Source of the DNA: an uncultured bacterium
GTDB lineage: Bacteria; Hydrothermota; Tepidihabitantia; SM23-42; CAYGYG01
Length of the DNA stretch: 64,000 bases
Assembly: GCA_964354155.1 (NCBI GenBank)
Contig: CAYGYG010000001.1
Location: 139,121-203,120, forward strand
Reading direction: 5' to 3'
The number at the start of each line of letters is the position of its first letter. Positions within the stretch are counted from its first letter, which is position 1. The translations under genes were made by a program, and so were the position numbers. The notes beneath the pieces are model-generated. The model did no database searches, was not told the DNA's origin, and saw nothing but the letters and a program-made list of their open reading frames with translations. This document shows positions 10,426-20,100 of the stretch, piece by piece.

Positions 10426-11268
10426 ATGAAAGCATTCGAATGGCTTTTCAAGATTGACCGTCGGATCATCTTTCTGATCCTGGCCGCAGTCGTGATCCTG
10501 CCCTTGCTGGTCCCACTCAACCTGGGCGTGAAGATATCTCAGCCGGTCAAGGACTTGTTTGACGAGATCGACCGTCTTGAACCACGGAGCAAGCCGCTGA
10601 TGATTTCGGTCGATTTTGACCCTAACTCGATGCCCGAATTGTACCCGATGTATTTGGCGGTTCTGCGTCATGCCTTTGCCCGGAATATCAAAGTTGTGAT
10701 TCTGGGGCTCTGGTTGACCGGCATCAACATCGGCGAGGAAGGTTTGCGCGAGGTGTCGGCCGACTTCAAAAAGGTCAACGGACAGGATTACGTGTTCCTG
10801 GGTTGGAAGGCCGGGATCGCGGCCGTAATCCTGGGGATGGGCGAGAGCATAGAGCGGGTTTTCCCGGCCGACTATTACAACACGCCGCTCGATTCGCTTC
10901 CGCTGATGAGAGATGTCCGGAACTACTCGGACATCCCGTTTTTCGTCTCGCTGTCCGCGGGCGACCCCGGCTACCGGCAGTGGGTCACCTATGCCGGGTC
11001 CAGCTACAGCCTGCGTATCGGGGCGGGCGTCACGGCCGTTTCGGGCGCTGATGCCTATCCGTACCTTCAGACCGGTCAATTGGTCGGATTGCTGGCCGGC
11101 ATGAAGGGCGGCGCCGAATACGAGAATCTCCTCGGCAAGGCGGGTTACTACACGGGAGCTCAGATTGCGACCAAGGCGATGGATTCCCAGTCTCTGGCTC
11201 ACCTGGCTATCATGATCCTGGTGATCCTCGGCAATGTCGGGTTTCTGTTGGCAAGGAGGAAGAAATGA
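10426..11268 (+). CDS. Conserved membrane-anchored protein (DUF6754-associated)
   Basis: N- and C-terminal TM helices; GQDYVFLGWKAG, PYLQTGQLVGLLAGMKGGAEYE. Starts 1 nt after the upstream stop. Confidence 0.75.
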   Translation: MKAFEWLFKIDRRIIFLILAAVVILPLLVPLNLGVKISQPVKDLFDEIDRLEPRSKPLMISVDFDPNSMPELYPMYLAVLRHAFARNIKVVILGLWLTGINIGEEGLREVSADFKKVNGQDYVFLGWKAGIAAVILGMGESIERVFPADYYNTPLDSLPLMRDVRNYSDIPFFVSLSAGDPGYRQWVTYAGSSYSLRIGAGVTAVSGADAYPYLQTGQLVGLLAGMKGGAEYENLLGKAGYYTGAQIATKAMDSQSLAHLAIMILVILGNVGFLLARRKK

Positions 11269-11894
11269 CGGTATTCTGGACCTGGGTTGGTGCGCTGTTG
11301 ACACTCTGCATATTCTCCTTCCTGTACAAGGATAACCCGTTCTACAAGTTCGCCGAGCACCTTTTTGTCGGTATTTCGCTCGGCTACAGCATCGCCGTGA
11401 CGTGGCATAACGCGGTCTTCCCCGAGCTCTACGTGCCCTTGTTCCGGGACTTCCACCTTGCCAATCTGCGGCTGCTCATACCGTTCATACTGGGGCTCAT
11501 GTACCTTACGCGGTTTATCCCGAAGCTGTCGTGGATGTTCAAGCTGCCGATTGCGTTTCTGCTTGGCCTGTTCTCAGGCGCGGCGATCCCCCGCGAGTTC
11601 CAGGCCAATATCATAAAACAGATTCAAGGAAGTCTGCTGACGGCCGACTCATTCGCGAGATGGGATATTGCCCTTTTTGCGATAGTCGGGTTTGTCGGGG
11701 TTCTCTGTTCGCTTCTCTACTTCTTCTTCTCGCGCGAACGGAAGGGCATCCTGAAGCCGGCGTCGGAGATCGGCATTGTCTTCCTGATGGTTGGATTCGG
11801 CGCTTCGTTCGGCTATACGGTGATGGCGCGCGTCAGCCTGCTGATCGGCCGGGTACAGTTTCTGCTGGGTGACTGGCTGCATATCATCAAGTAG
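11265..11894 (+). CDS. Conserved multi-pass membrane protein (DUF6754-associated)
   Basis: LTLCIFSFLYKDNPFYKFAEHLFVG, MVGFGASFGYTVMARVSLL; ATGA overlap with the upstream gene. Confidence 0.75.
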   Translation: MTVFWTWVGALLTLCIFSFLYKDNPFYKFAEHLFVGISLGYSIAVTWHNAVFPELYVPLFRDFHLANLRLLIPFILGLMYLTRFIPKLSWMFKLPIAFLLGLFSGAAIPREFQANIIKQIQGSLLTADSFARWDIALFAIVGFVGVLCSLLYFFFSRERKGILKPASEIGIVFLMVGFGASFGYTVMARVSLLIGRVQFLLGDWLHIIK

Positions 11895-11955
11895 GGGGTC
11901 AGGCCGTTCTGGCGCAAAGTGACCGAGTCGCCCTAGAAGCCTTGCTCCGTATGCC

Positions 11956-12053
11956 GTAGGGGCAATTCACGTTGAAAATCCCGGCCTGAGGGAAATTGCC
12001 CTTCTCTTGGGCGGTTCTTGTTGAAAATCCCCACCGAGACAAAACGCCCCTAC
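11956..12053. repeat. GTAG-type REP doublet (REPIN-like)
   Basis: Ends gtaggggc...gcccctac are inverted; internal direct repeat gttgaaaatccc at 11971 and 12020. Confidence 0.55.
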
Positions 12054-12378
12054 ATAATCCTTTGCCGATGAGCCTATTGATCTCGGCATTGATTCGTTTA
12101 CAGAAGTGAATAGAATCCAAATGCTTCTCCCTACGGCACGCCTGTGTCCCCCCACGGGGCCTTAGGCCGGAGGGAGACACAGAGGTGACTTCGTTCAAGA
12201 TGACAAGCAGGAGTGTCATTCTGAGTCCCGCTTTGCGGGACGAAGAATCTCAATTAGAGCCTTAGGCCGTCGTCAGACATAGGATCAACGATACTAACGT
12301 TATAGCGATCATAAGGTCTGTCATCACTGTAATCTGCCGTTCTATCGTCCTAATCTATGTGCCTCTGGCACAAAGAAA

Positions 12379-12406
12379 AGGGTAGAAGAGAGATCTCTTC
12401 TACCCT
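12379..12406 (-). terminator. Rho-independent terminator, possibly bidirectional
   Basis: agggtagaagag-agat-ctcttctaccct perfect 12-bp stem with T-rich flanks, 21 nt past the stop at 12428. Confidence 0.8.
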
Positions 12407-12427
12407 GATTCTTTTGGTCGAGCGTCT

Positions 12428-13027
12428 TTACTTAATGTCGGACGAGGTCAGTACAACATCAGCAATAGTCTTTATTCCAACTACCGTATTCTCAGAATGC
12501 GTGTGAACACTGCCAACACCTTTGGCAAGCCATGAATAGGAAATGAAGCCGGCGATGTTGTATTCGACCTTCCAGGCTGTGTAGTCGCCCGCCTCAACGG
12601 TGACGTCCTCTTCGGCAATCACCTTGGCGGTGACGCCGCTGTCCGGGTGCCAGGTTTTGCCGGCTTCAAGCGGCAGCGCCAGCACCGTGTCCGGCTTGGT
12701 GTCGTCAAGCTTGGCGTACGAGAGAATGTAGTCGCCGGCGTCAAGCAGATAGTAGGTGCTGGTTGATGAGGTCGTCTGGCCGGTTGATTTGATGGTCGTG
12801 TTTGTGGTGGAGGAGAATTGGACGACGTCTTCGCCGCTGGTCAACTTGGCTTCGGCCTTTGCCTCGGTCTTTGAAGTGCTGGTGGTTACGATCGTCGTAT
12901 CGGTTTTGGTATAGCCCGCGTAGTTCCACACGCTGCCTACCGCCATTGGCGAATAGTCAGCTCCGCCGCCGAAGATACCACAGCTGACAAACATCAAGAT
13001 CGGCAAAGCTAAGAGTAGTTTTTTCAT
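12428..13027 (-). CDS. Lipoprotein, beta-rich, unknown function (DUF3108-like tail)
   Basis: MKKLLLALPILMFVSC lipobox; YSPMAVGSVWNY, EDVTVEAGDY, WLAKGVG. Confidence 0.75.
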   Translation of the reverse strand: MKKLLLALPILMFVSCGIFGGGADYSPMAVGSVWNYAGYTKTDTTIVTTSTSKTEAKAEAKLTSGEDVVQFSSTTNTTIKSTGQTTSSTSTYYLLDAGDYILSYAKLDDTKPDTVLALPLEAGKTWHPDSGVTAKVIAEEDVTVEAGDYTAWKVEYNIAGFISYSWLAKGVGSVHTHSENTVVGIKTIADVVLTSSDIK

Positions 13028-13215
13028 TTTTCTTGTCACCTTTTCGGTCTGGTTCAATCATCTTGACCCGTTTGCTGCTATCTGGAATCGGGCCGCATAA
13101 AGGGCATGGCACCCTGGACAGGATAGTCGGTGCTGTGCATGTTTCCGCAGGGAGGTTCCTTGTTGAGCCGAGGAACAGGTGCCAATCATATTCCGGAAGA
13201 TGTAGTTAATTGGCA

Positions 13216-13243
13216 ATTATAGCGGGAATCCTCGAAATGTCAA
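13216..13243 (-). promoter_or_regulatory. consensus sigma70 promoter TTGACA-N16-TATAAT
   Basis: Perfect hexamers on the minus strand, about 190 nt upstream of ATG 13027. Confidence 0.8.
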
Positions 13244-13272
13244 GTGTCCGGATATTCTCTAGCCGTTTCAGG

Positions 13273-13728
13273 TCAGGCCTGGGCCCCGGACTGAGGCCGA
13301 GCCGGGTCAGGATACTTCTGCTTAACAAAGTCGTTTATCTTGTCCCGCAGGTCGCCTTCAGATGGGAGGTAGAGAAAGAGGCCCCGGAAGTTGTTGAGGA
13401 AAGTCCGTTTGGCAAAAGGGCTCAGCAGGATACCGTTCTTGCCGGAATAATAGCGGCGGAATTCCTTGAATTCCCGCCGGTTCGTGTAGTAGAGCTTCTT
13501 GATGGTGACGCTATCCTGATCGAGTACATATACGGTCGGGAGAAAGAACGAATTGAGCGAGGCGAATAGAAAGAGAAGACCGAGGACGACCCAGAAGGCA
13601 CCGTAGAAGATCTGAATTAAGGTCAGAAAGAATACGATTATCGCCAGAGAAATTACCGTCTTGATCGGTGCGTACCGAGCCGGATGAAACGTCCAGGTTA
13701 TCGGGGCGGCCGACGGGATATCATTCAC
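13273..13728 (-). CDS. Hypothetical membrane protein (2 TM plus small soluble domain)
   Basis: WTFHPA, two hydrophobic helices, FFLPTVY, GILLSPF...LNNFRGLFL. Confidence 0.65.
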   Translation of the reverse strand: MNDIPSAAPITWTFHPARYAPIKTVISLAIIVFFLTLIQIFYGAFWVVLGLLFLFASLNSFFLPTVYVLDQDSVTIKKLYYTNRREFKEFRRYYSGKNGILLSPFAKRTFLNNFRGLFLYLPSEGDLRDKINDFVKQKYPDPARPQSGAQA

Positions 13729-13855
13729 AATACCGCCGCGTCGTTTCCAATTTCAAGTCCCCGCCTGCCGAGTACACTGTGCAAGAAAAGACGGGTTGCC
13801 TGATGTGATCAGTTGAAACCAGCATTTTGATATTTGATTATTGATATGGATAAAA

Positions 13856-13929
13856 TGGGCCCGATCCGACTTGAACGGATGACCAGCTGATTATGAGTCA
13901 GCTGCTCTAACCAACTGAGCTACGGGCCC
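13856..13929 (-). tRNA. tRNA-Ile2 (CAT anticodon; elongator Met less likely), CCA not encoded
   Basis: GGGCCCGTAGCTCAGTTGGTTAGAGCAGCTGACT-CAT-AATCAGCTGGTCATCCGTTCAAGTCGGATCGGGCCCA forms a complete cloverleaf. Confidence 0.92.
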
Positions 13930-13984
13930 AAAGATGCGCCAAAGGCCGCCGGAAACCGACGGTACTAAACAATCGAACAGCGTC

Positions 13985-14082
13985 AATATAATCGTAACGG
14001 CTGAGTTGTCAAGGGCGCGATTCGCCCTCGGGCCTTCATGGTCCGAGCTTCTTCTTGACATGAACTGCTTTCCGTATATGAT
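13985..14082. promoter_or_regulatory. Divergent promoter pair: minus TTGACA-N16-TATATT (13985-14012) and plus TTGACA-N16-TATGAT (14055-14082, leaderless)
   Basis: They serve the tRNA and ATG 14090, which lies 7 nt after the -10 box with no SD. Confidence 0.7.
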
Positions 14083-14089
14083 ACTGCCT

Positions 14090-14647
14090 ATGAAAAAGCT
14101 AATGCTAATTTCCATTATTTTCGCGCTTTGTTTCGTTGCCTGCCGCAAGGATGACGATGATGGGCCGCCGCCACCACCGCCGCCGGCTCAGAAGAACGCA
14201 ATCGACCTGCTCCCCAAGGATAACGAAATCAGCGGCTGGACCAAGAGCGAAGCGGTCAGGATTGCCGGCACTCCCGATGAATTGACCGCGATCATCGACG
14301 GCGAGGCCGTTCCCTACATCAACAACAACTTCAAAGATGCGGTTTTCCAGAAGTACCAGGGAGTCATTGGTTCAAACACTATAACTCTGGAGGTTCGCAT
14401 CTTCGACATGCGCGACACGGCCAATACCCGGAAGGTCTACCAAGATGTCGCCGCGGGTGGCGAACAACCCTGGAATAACCATCCCGGCGTTGAAGGCCGT
14501 ATCAATGACAGTTTCCTGTTCGACTACATGGTCGAATTCTGGGAAGCCAAGTTCTACACGCGCATTTTCATTCAAGAGAGGAGTGCGGCGGCGCTGGACA
14601 TTGCCAAGACTTTCGGCCTCAACATCTCGGCGGCAATCAAAGAGTAG
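14090..14647 (+). CDS. Lipoprotein, DUF6599-like, with poly-Pro linker
   Basis: MKKLMLISIIFALCFVAC lipobox; DDDDGPPPPPPP; GW...ELTAIIDGEAVPY, LEVRIFDM. Confidence 0.7.
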   Translation: MKKLMLISIIFALCFVACRKDDDDGPPPPPPPAQKNAIDLLPKDNEISGWTKSEAVRIAGTPDELTAIIDGEAVPYINNNFKDAVFQKYQGVIGSNTITLEVRIFDMRDTANTRKVYQDVAAGGEQPWNNHPGVEGRINDSFLFDYMVEFWEAKFYTRIFIQERSAAALDIAKTFGLNISAAIKE

Positions 14648-14653
14648 TCTCGT

Positions 14654-15577
14654 ATGAAGAATATCTCGCGCCGCGATTTTTTGAGACAGGCGATGGCGGC
14701 GGCCTTATCCGCCGCCCTTCTGCACAACGGCCGTGGTCTTTTTGCCCAGGAACCGGAGACGATGGACCTGGTGGTCGCAAAAGGAGACAAGGTTAAGGCG
14801 CTGAAAAAGGCCCTTGAGGCCTACGGCGGTATCGGCCGGTTCGTCAAGCCCCAAGATCGGGTCCTAATCAAACCCAACATCTCTTTTGCGAGCCCGCCGG
14901 AGTGGGGCGCAACCACGAGTCCGGAGCTGATCGTCGAGGTCGCTCGGGCTTGCCTTGAGGCCGGGGCCAAAAAAGTTATTATCGCTGACTACCCGCTGAG
15001 TGCTGCCGAGGTCTGTTATGCAAAGTGCGGACTCAAAAAGGCGATGGAGCAACTCCCACAAGTCGATGTTGTACTGTTGACCCAGGAGCGATTCTTTGTC
15101 GAGACCGAGGTGCCGCAAGGACTGGTCCTCAAGTCGACCAGGCTGGCCCGGGAGCTCTCCAAGAGCGATGTCCTGATCAGCATGCCCACGGCCAAGTCGC
15201 ATTCGGCTACCGGCGTGAGTCTGGGCTTGAAGGGCCTGATGGGTCTGATCTGGGACCGCGGTTACTTCCATCAGGATGTTGACCTAAATCAGGCGGTCGC
15301 GGACCTGGCCACAATTGTCAAACCAAACCTGGTGATCATGGATGCCTCGCGGCCACTGACATCGGGCGGCCCCGGTGGTCCGGGTGTGGTCAAGGAGCTG
15401 AACAAGGTGATTGTCGGTGTTGATCCGGTGGCGGTCGATTCCTATACGGTCGGTCTCGTCAAGTGGTATAACAAAGTGTTCGCCGGCAAGAACGTTAAGC
15501 ACATCGCCTTAGCCGCCAAGATGGGCTTGGGGGAGATTGATGTTACGAAACTGAAGATAAAGGAGCTCCTGGCCTAG
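14654..15577 (+). CDS. DUF362 family protein with Tat signal
   Basis: ISRRDFL; DRVLIKPN, GATTSPE, MPTAKSHS..GVSLGLKGLMG, DPVAVD. Confidence 0.88.
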   Translation: MKNISRRDFLRQAMAAALSAALLHNGRGLFAQEPETMDLVVAKGDKVKALKKALEAYGGIGRFVKPQDRVLIKPNISFASPPEWGATTSPELIVEVARACLEAGAKKVIIADYPLSAAEVCYAKCGLKKAMEQLPQVDVVLLTQERFFVETEVPQGLVLKSTRLARELSKSDVLISMPTAKSHSATGVSLGLKGLMGLIWDRGYFHQDVDLNQAVADLATIVKPNLVIMDASRPLTSGGPGGPGVVKELNKVIVGVDPVAVDSYTVGLVKWYNKVFAGKNVKHIALAAKMGLGEIDVTKLKIKELLA

Positions 15578-15612
15578 TATCCGGCCTTGCCGGGGCCTGC
15601 GCCGGAACCAGC

Positions 15613-17124
15613 ATGCCAAAGCGAACCCCATCTACGATGGCGAAGTGGCTCAAGGCAACGCGTATTGCCTCGCAGATCCTTTTCCTGGTTCTATTCGTCT
15701 ACCTTTTCAGGGCCTCGGCCAGCGTCGCCCGCCCGCTGTTCACCAATCCTTTCTTTCAGTCCGACCCATTGCTCTTTATCGCGACCTCGCTAGCCAACCG
15801 CAGTCTGCTTCCGTTCTTGCTGCCCTTGCTTTTCATGCTCGCGACGGCTGTCCTGGGCCGCGTTTTCTGCGGTTTTGTCTGCCCGCTCGGTTCGCTGATT
15901 GACGGTTTTGACGCTGTGGTCGGCCGGATAAAATACCGCAAGCTGGACTTCAGATTCCTCAAATACTATCTGCTTTTCTTTCTCCTTGTGCTGGCGCTGT
16001 TGGGCAGTACCTTGGTTTTCTTCTTTGACCCGATAGTCATCACCGGGCGCAGTTTTGTTGGTGTCATTCGGCCGGTTGTGTCCTTGCTGACCGGCAGTCC
16101 AGTCATGCACAACGGCATCATTTTCTTTGCTATCATGGCCGGAATTTTGATGTTTGGTTTCATTCAAAAGCGTTTCTGGTGTCGCAATCTATGCCCGCTG
16201 GGCGCACTGCTCGGGCTGGTCGGTCGTTTTTCCCTGCTGCGATACCGACTCGATGATGACTGCAAAGAATGCAGTCTCTGTGCCCGGCTCTGCCCGACCC
16301 AGGCGATTGACTCGGACGAGCGGGTGATAACCAGCAGCGAGTGTATCCGGTGCATGAATTGCCTGGGCGATTGTCCCGAAAAGAAGATCCACATTGGTTT
16401 CGGCGTAGGTCCGCTTCCCGGTCCGGGTCCGGATCTGAGCCGGCGTGGTTTCTTGGCCTCAGTCGGTTTAGGTATCATTGCCGCGCCCTTGCTCAAGACC
16501 GATTTTTTGACCAAGATCAACCTAGGCAAAGTGATTCGTCCGCCGGGAGCGATTCCCGAAAGCCTCTTTCTTAATGCCTGTGTACGCTGCGGCGAATGTG
16601 TGAAAGTTTGTCCGACCCGAGGCTTGCAGCCGGTCATGTTTCAAGGTGGCCTTGCTGGCCTGTTTGCGCCACGGTTGGAGGCACGGATCGGAGGGTGTGA
16701 GCGGAACTGCAACGGTTGCGGGCAGGTCTGCCCGACCGGGGCGATCCGCAAGCTGTCGCTTGACGAGAAGAGCTACGTGAAGATGGGCACGGCCGTGATT
16801 CATAAAGAGATGTGCCTGGCCTGGGAGCAAGACAAGGTGTGCCTGATCTGTGATGAGGCCTGTCCGTATAATGCGATCACTTCGCGGCTGGCCGAGGCAG
16901 CGGGCAGCCGTTTGTTAAGACCTTTCATAGACGAAGAGTTATGCACCGGCTGCGGCATCTGCGAGTCGCGGTGCCCGATCGCCGGTCCTTCGGCGATTGA
17001 AATCTTGCCGATCGGTGAAGAGCGGTTGAGTAAGGGTTCATACATGACGGCGCGAAAGAGGGAGCTTCGAGAACAGCTGGAGCGGGGCACCAATGAAGAT
17101 ATTCCTTCAGGGTTCATTGAATGA
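15613..17124 (+). CDS. Membrane polyferredoxin (NapH/MauN-like fused to NapG/MauM-like)
   Basis: GRVFCGFVCPLG, RFWCRNLCPLG, several CxxCxxCxxxCP motifs, IRPPGA, internal SRRGFL. Confidence 0.9.
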   Translation: MPKRTPSTMAKWLKATRIASQILFLVLFVYLFRASASVARPLFTNPFFQSDPLLFIATSLANRSLLPFLLPLLFMLATAVLGRVFCGFVCPLGSLIDGFDAVVGRIKYRKLDFRFLKYYLLFFLLVLALLGSTLVFFFDPIVITGRSFVGVIRPVVSLLTGSPVMHNGIIFFAIMAGILMFGFIQKRFWCRNLCPLGALLGLVGRFSLLRYRLDDDCKECSLCARLCPTQAIDSDERVITSSECIRCMNCLGDCPEKKIHIGFGVGPLPGPGPDLSRRGFLASVGLGIIAAPLLKTDFLTKINLGKVIRPPGAIPESLFLNACVRCGECVKVCPTRGLQPVMFQGGLAGLFAPRLEARIGGCERNCNGCGQVCPTGAIRKLSLDEKSYVKMGTAVIHKEMCLAWEQDKVCLICDEACPYNAITSRLAEAAGSRLLRPFIDEELCTGCGICESRCPIAGPSAIEILPIGEERLSKGSYMTARKRELREQLERGTNEDIPSGFIE

Positions 17125-17180
17125 GAAGAACCTCTAAGGCGGCCAATGGCTGAAGCGTACATCAAGACCAGGCAGGCCGG

Positions 17181-20100
17181 GTGACCCTCTTTCTTGTCTT
17201 GACGCTTCTTGCCGAGAGCGGCAAGGCCCTGGAAGGCCGGCCGATGGCTCTGTCAGCCGAGGGATACATCTTTATGACAACCCCGTCCGGCGTCTATCGC
17301 TTCGACAAGAACGCGCTGGAATGGTCGGTCCTTACCGTCAAAAACGGCCTGCCTCAAAACCTGGTTACGACCCTGGGGGTCGATGAAGGCTTGTTGTGGG
17401 TGGGCACCGATTCTGGTCTGGCCGTGGCCGACTTGAAACTGCTCAATTTCCGCGTCGTGGACACCTCGACCATTGGCGGCATCGGCTTTGATGCCGACTA
17501 TGTCTATGCCGGCGGTCCGGCCGGGATTCTGCGTTACGACAAGTATAAAGACCAACTGGAACTATTCGAGACCGGCGCCGCGGTTCGTGATCTAGTTCTG
17601 GTTGAAGACCGGATCTTCGCCGCGACTGATTCGGGTCTCGTCGTCTTCAACACGCGATACGAGAAGACGGAGGCCACTCCCTACGAAATAAGCGAGCCGC
17701 TCAAACATATCGTTACCACGAACTTCAGTCTGTTTTTTCTTGGTAACCAGAACTGCTATCAGTATCACAAGACGACCCGGGGCTGGCGCCGATTTGATGG
17801 GTTCAAGGCGAACGACTATGCGGTGCGCGGCGATTCGGTTTGGGTGGCGACGGACGACGAGGTGATGATATATGATGATGTCCTTGGTGGCTGGTCGCGG
17901 TATCGACAGGAAGAGTGGCTACCGGCACCGAGAATCACGGCACTCTCGGTAACCGCCGGCTATCTAGTTTTCGGCAGTGAACAAGGGATTATCGTGGTCG
18001 ACAACAAGAACCGAACTTGGAAGAAGTATAACCTGGCCAACGGTCTGGTTGAAGAAAGCGTGCTGAGAATCGTTGAAGAAGGGGGCGAGATTTACCTGCT
18101 TTCTCCGGGTTGGCTGCAAAGGTTTGACCGCAAAGGAGACTGGAAGCGTCTGAAGATCGAAGGTCTCCAGGTTGCCAAAGAAGGGCTTTTCACGGTCGAT
18201 GAGGCGGGCGGCCATATCAACCTGTCGAACGATGTCAAGGCGACCCTGCAGGGTCGCATCTCCGGTCAGTATGAGATGCAGGACACGATGGTTCTGAAGA
18301 GCGAGACCATCGACAGCCGGTTCATGCTTGGTCGAACCGGCGGACGGTTGCTGGCGGCTTACTACGACGATACGGAAAAACAGAGAAAACTCTATGGCGC
18401 GGTTTACCAGGATCCCAAAGGAATCGTTGCGCGGGCCAGCGCCGGCAAGCTCCGGTCCGAATTCTACAAATCGGGCCTGATCCCGCCCGGTTCCTATCTG
18501 GGCGGCAGCGGACGTCTGGAGACAAAGGTTGCGGCGCTGACCATGGCCGGGGGCGCAAAGCGTTCGGCCTTCACCGCCGACTATTTTACTGGAAACAGCA
18601 CCAACCGATTGCTGTCCATCGAGGACATCGCCTACCTCAAGAACGTATTTTTCGCGGTCGACACGATCGACCCACAGATCGATTTCGAGAGCGAATCGTT
18701 GTTCGTCGACAACCGGGTTGCTCTCGACAACGACGAGAACACGCGGCTTGGCCAGCGGATTGCCGGATTGGTCGGCGATTTCGACCCACGACACCGCGGC
18801 ATTGACTACGCGGTCGACTATGCCCGGGGAATGATTCGGTTTCTAACCCCACTTGCCGATTCGGCGGTTGTAGTCATCAAGTTCAGTGGCGGACAGGAAG
18901 CAGTGCTGCAGGGGCGGGGCCAGGACAGTCTGGAATTGAAGAATCATTACCAGCTCGGGGCCATCGAGATACTGCCCCGCAGTCTTTCAATCCGTATCTT
19001 CGACACAACCAATGTCGAATACCCCCTGGACCGATTTGGACTCGACAATAACCGTGACGGTGCGGTCGACGACGAGTACGTCAACTACTTCAACGGCATA
19101 CTACGTTTCCCCGCGCGGCGGCCTTTCCCGGATACCGTGTACCAGTCAACCCCGGCCAGCTGTTACCGGATGATGATTTCCTACCGGTCAAAGATGTCGA
19201 CTTACCAGCTGTCACAGGCACCGGTGGTTACTAACAGCGAGGAGGTGATTCTGGATGGGGTGAGTGTACGCCGCGGCATCGACTACATCATCGACTACAG
19301 TACCGGCAATGTCGTTTTTCTGGAGAAAGGTCGCGTGTTGACTAAGAGTGAGATCGAAGTTCGCTACGAGTATGAGTATCCGGAAGGTGGGACCAGTTCG
19401 GATACCGCGGTTCTGGGCGGACAGCTGGCCGTGGCGCCCGGCGGCGGATTTGAGTTTGTTCCCGGCTTCTATCGTTCGGGCGAACAGCAGGTGGCCAATG
19501 TTGTTTCGGAGTGGGAGCTAAAGCGGCCTGCGCTTGGCCTGAGGCTTGTGCCCGAGATCGGTATCAATGCGGACGATTCCCGGGCAAAGGGGGGCCGAGT
19601 TTCCGCGTTCGGCAGCTTGAGGCGCTTGCGGCTCAATTCCATCGTCGAGACGTACGAACCTGCCTTCAAGGCATTTGGGCGACGCACGAGTCGGTACGGC
19701 GAACTGACCTCGCGGTATTACCTGTACAGCAAGTACGAATTCTCGGATTTCGTTGCCGTCGATGGTTCTTATGATCGGCGCCAGGCTGAAGATACGGTCG
19801 CCGGCTCTCAGTTCGACCGCGAGACCGGCGTCGGTGGAGTGTACTTCAATCTCCCCAGCCTGCCGGTTCTGACCCTGGGCGGCGGGCAGCGCACGTACTC
19901 CGGTGACCTGCCCCAACCCCAGGAGAAACGCTACTCTGGGCACGCCAGTATTGACTATAGCGTACCCCCCGGCGTTGCACGGCGGGCACGCTTGAGCAAT
20001 CTGAAACTGGGCGGGTCGTTCTCGGCCGAGATGATCACCGAACCTGGCGAGATGGATCTTTGGGAGGAGAACCGGATTCTCAGTGCCTCGTCCACGCTTC

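Noticed and set aside
13140-13185. HDV-like ribozyme in the lipoprotein leader
   Set aside because: A tcctcg/cctccctgc resemblance exists, but the P1-P3 pairings could not be completed.
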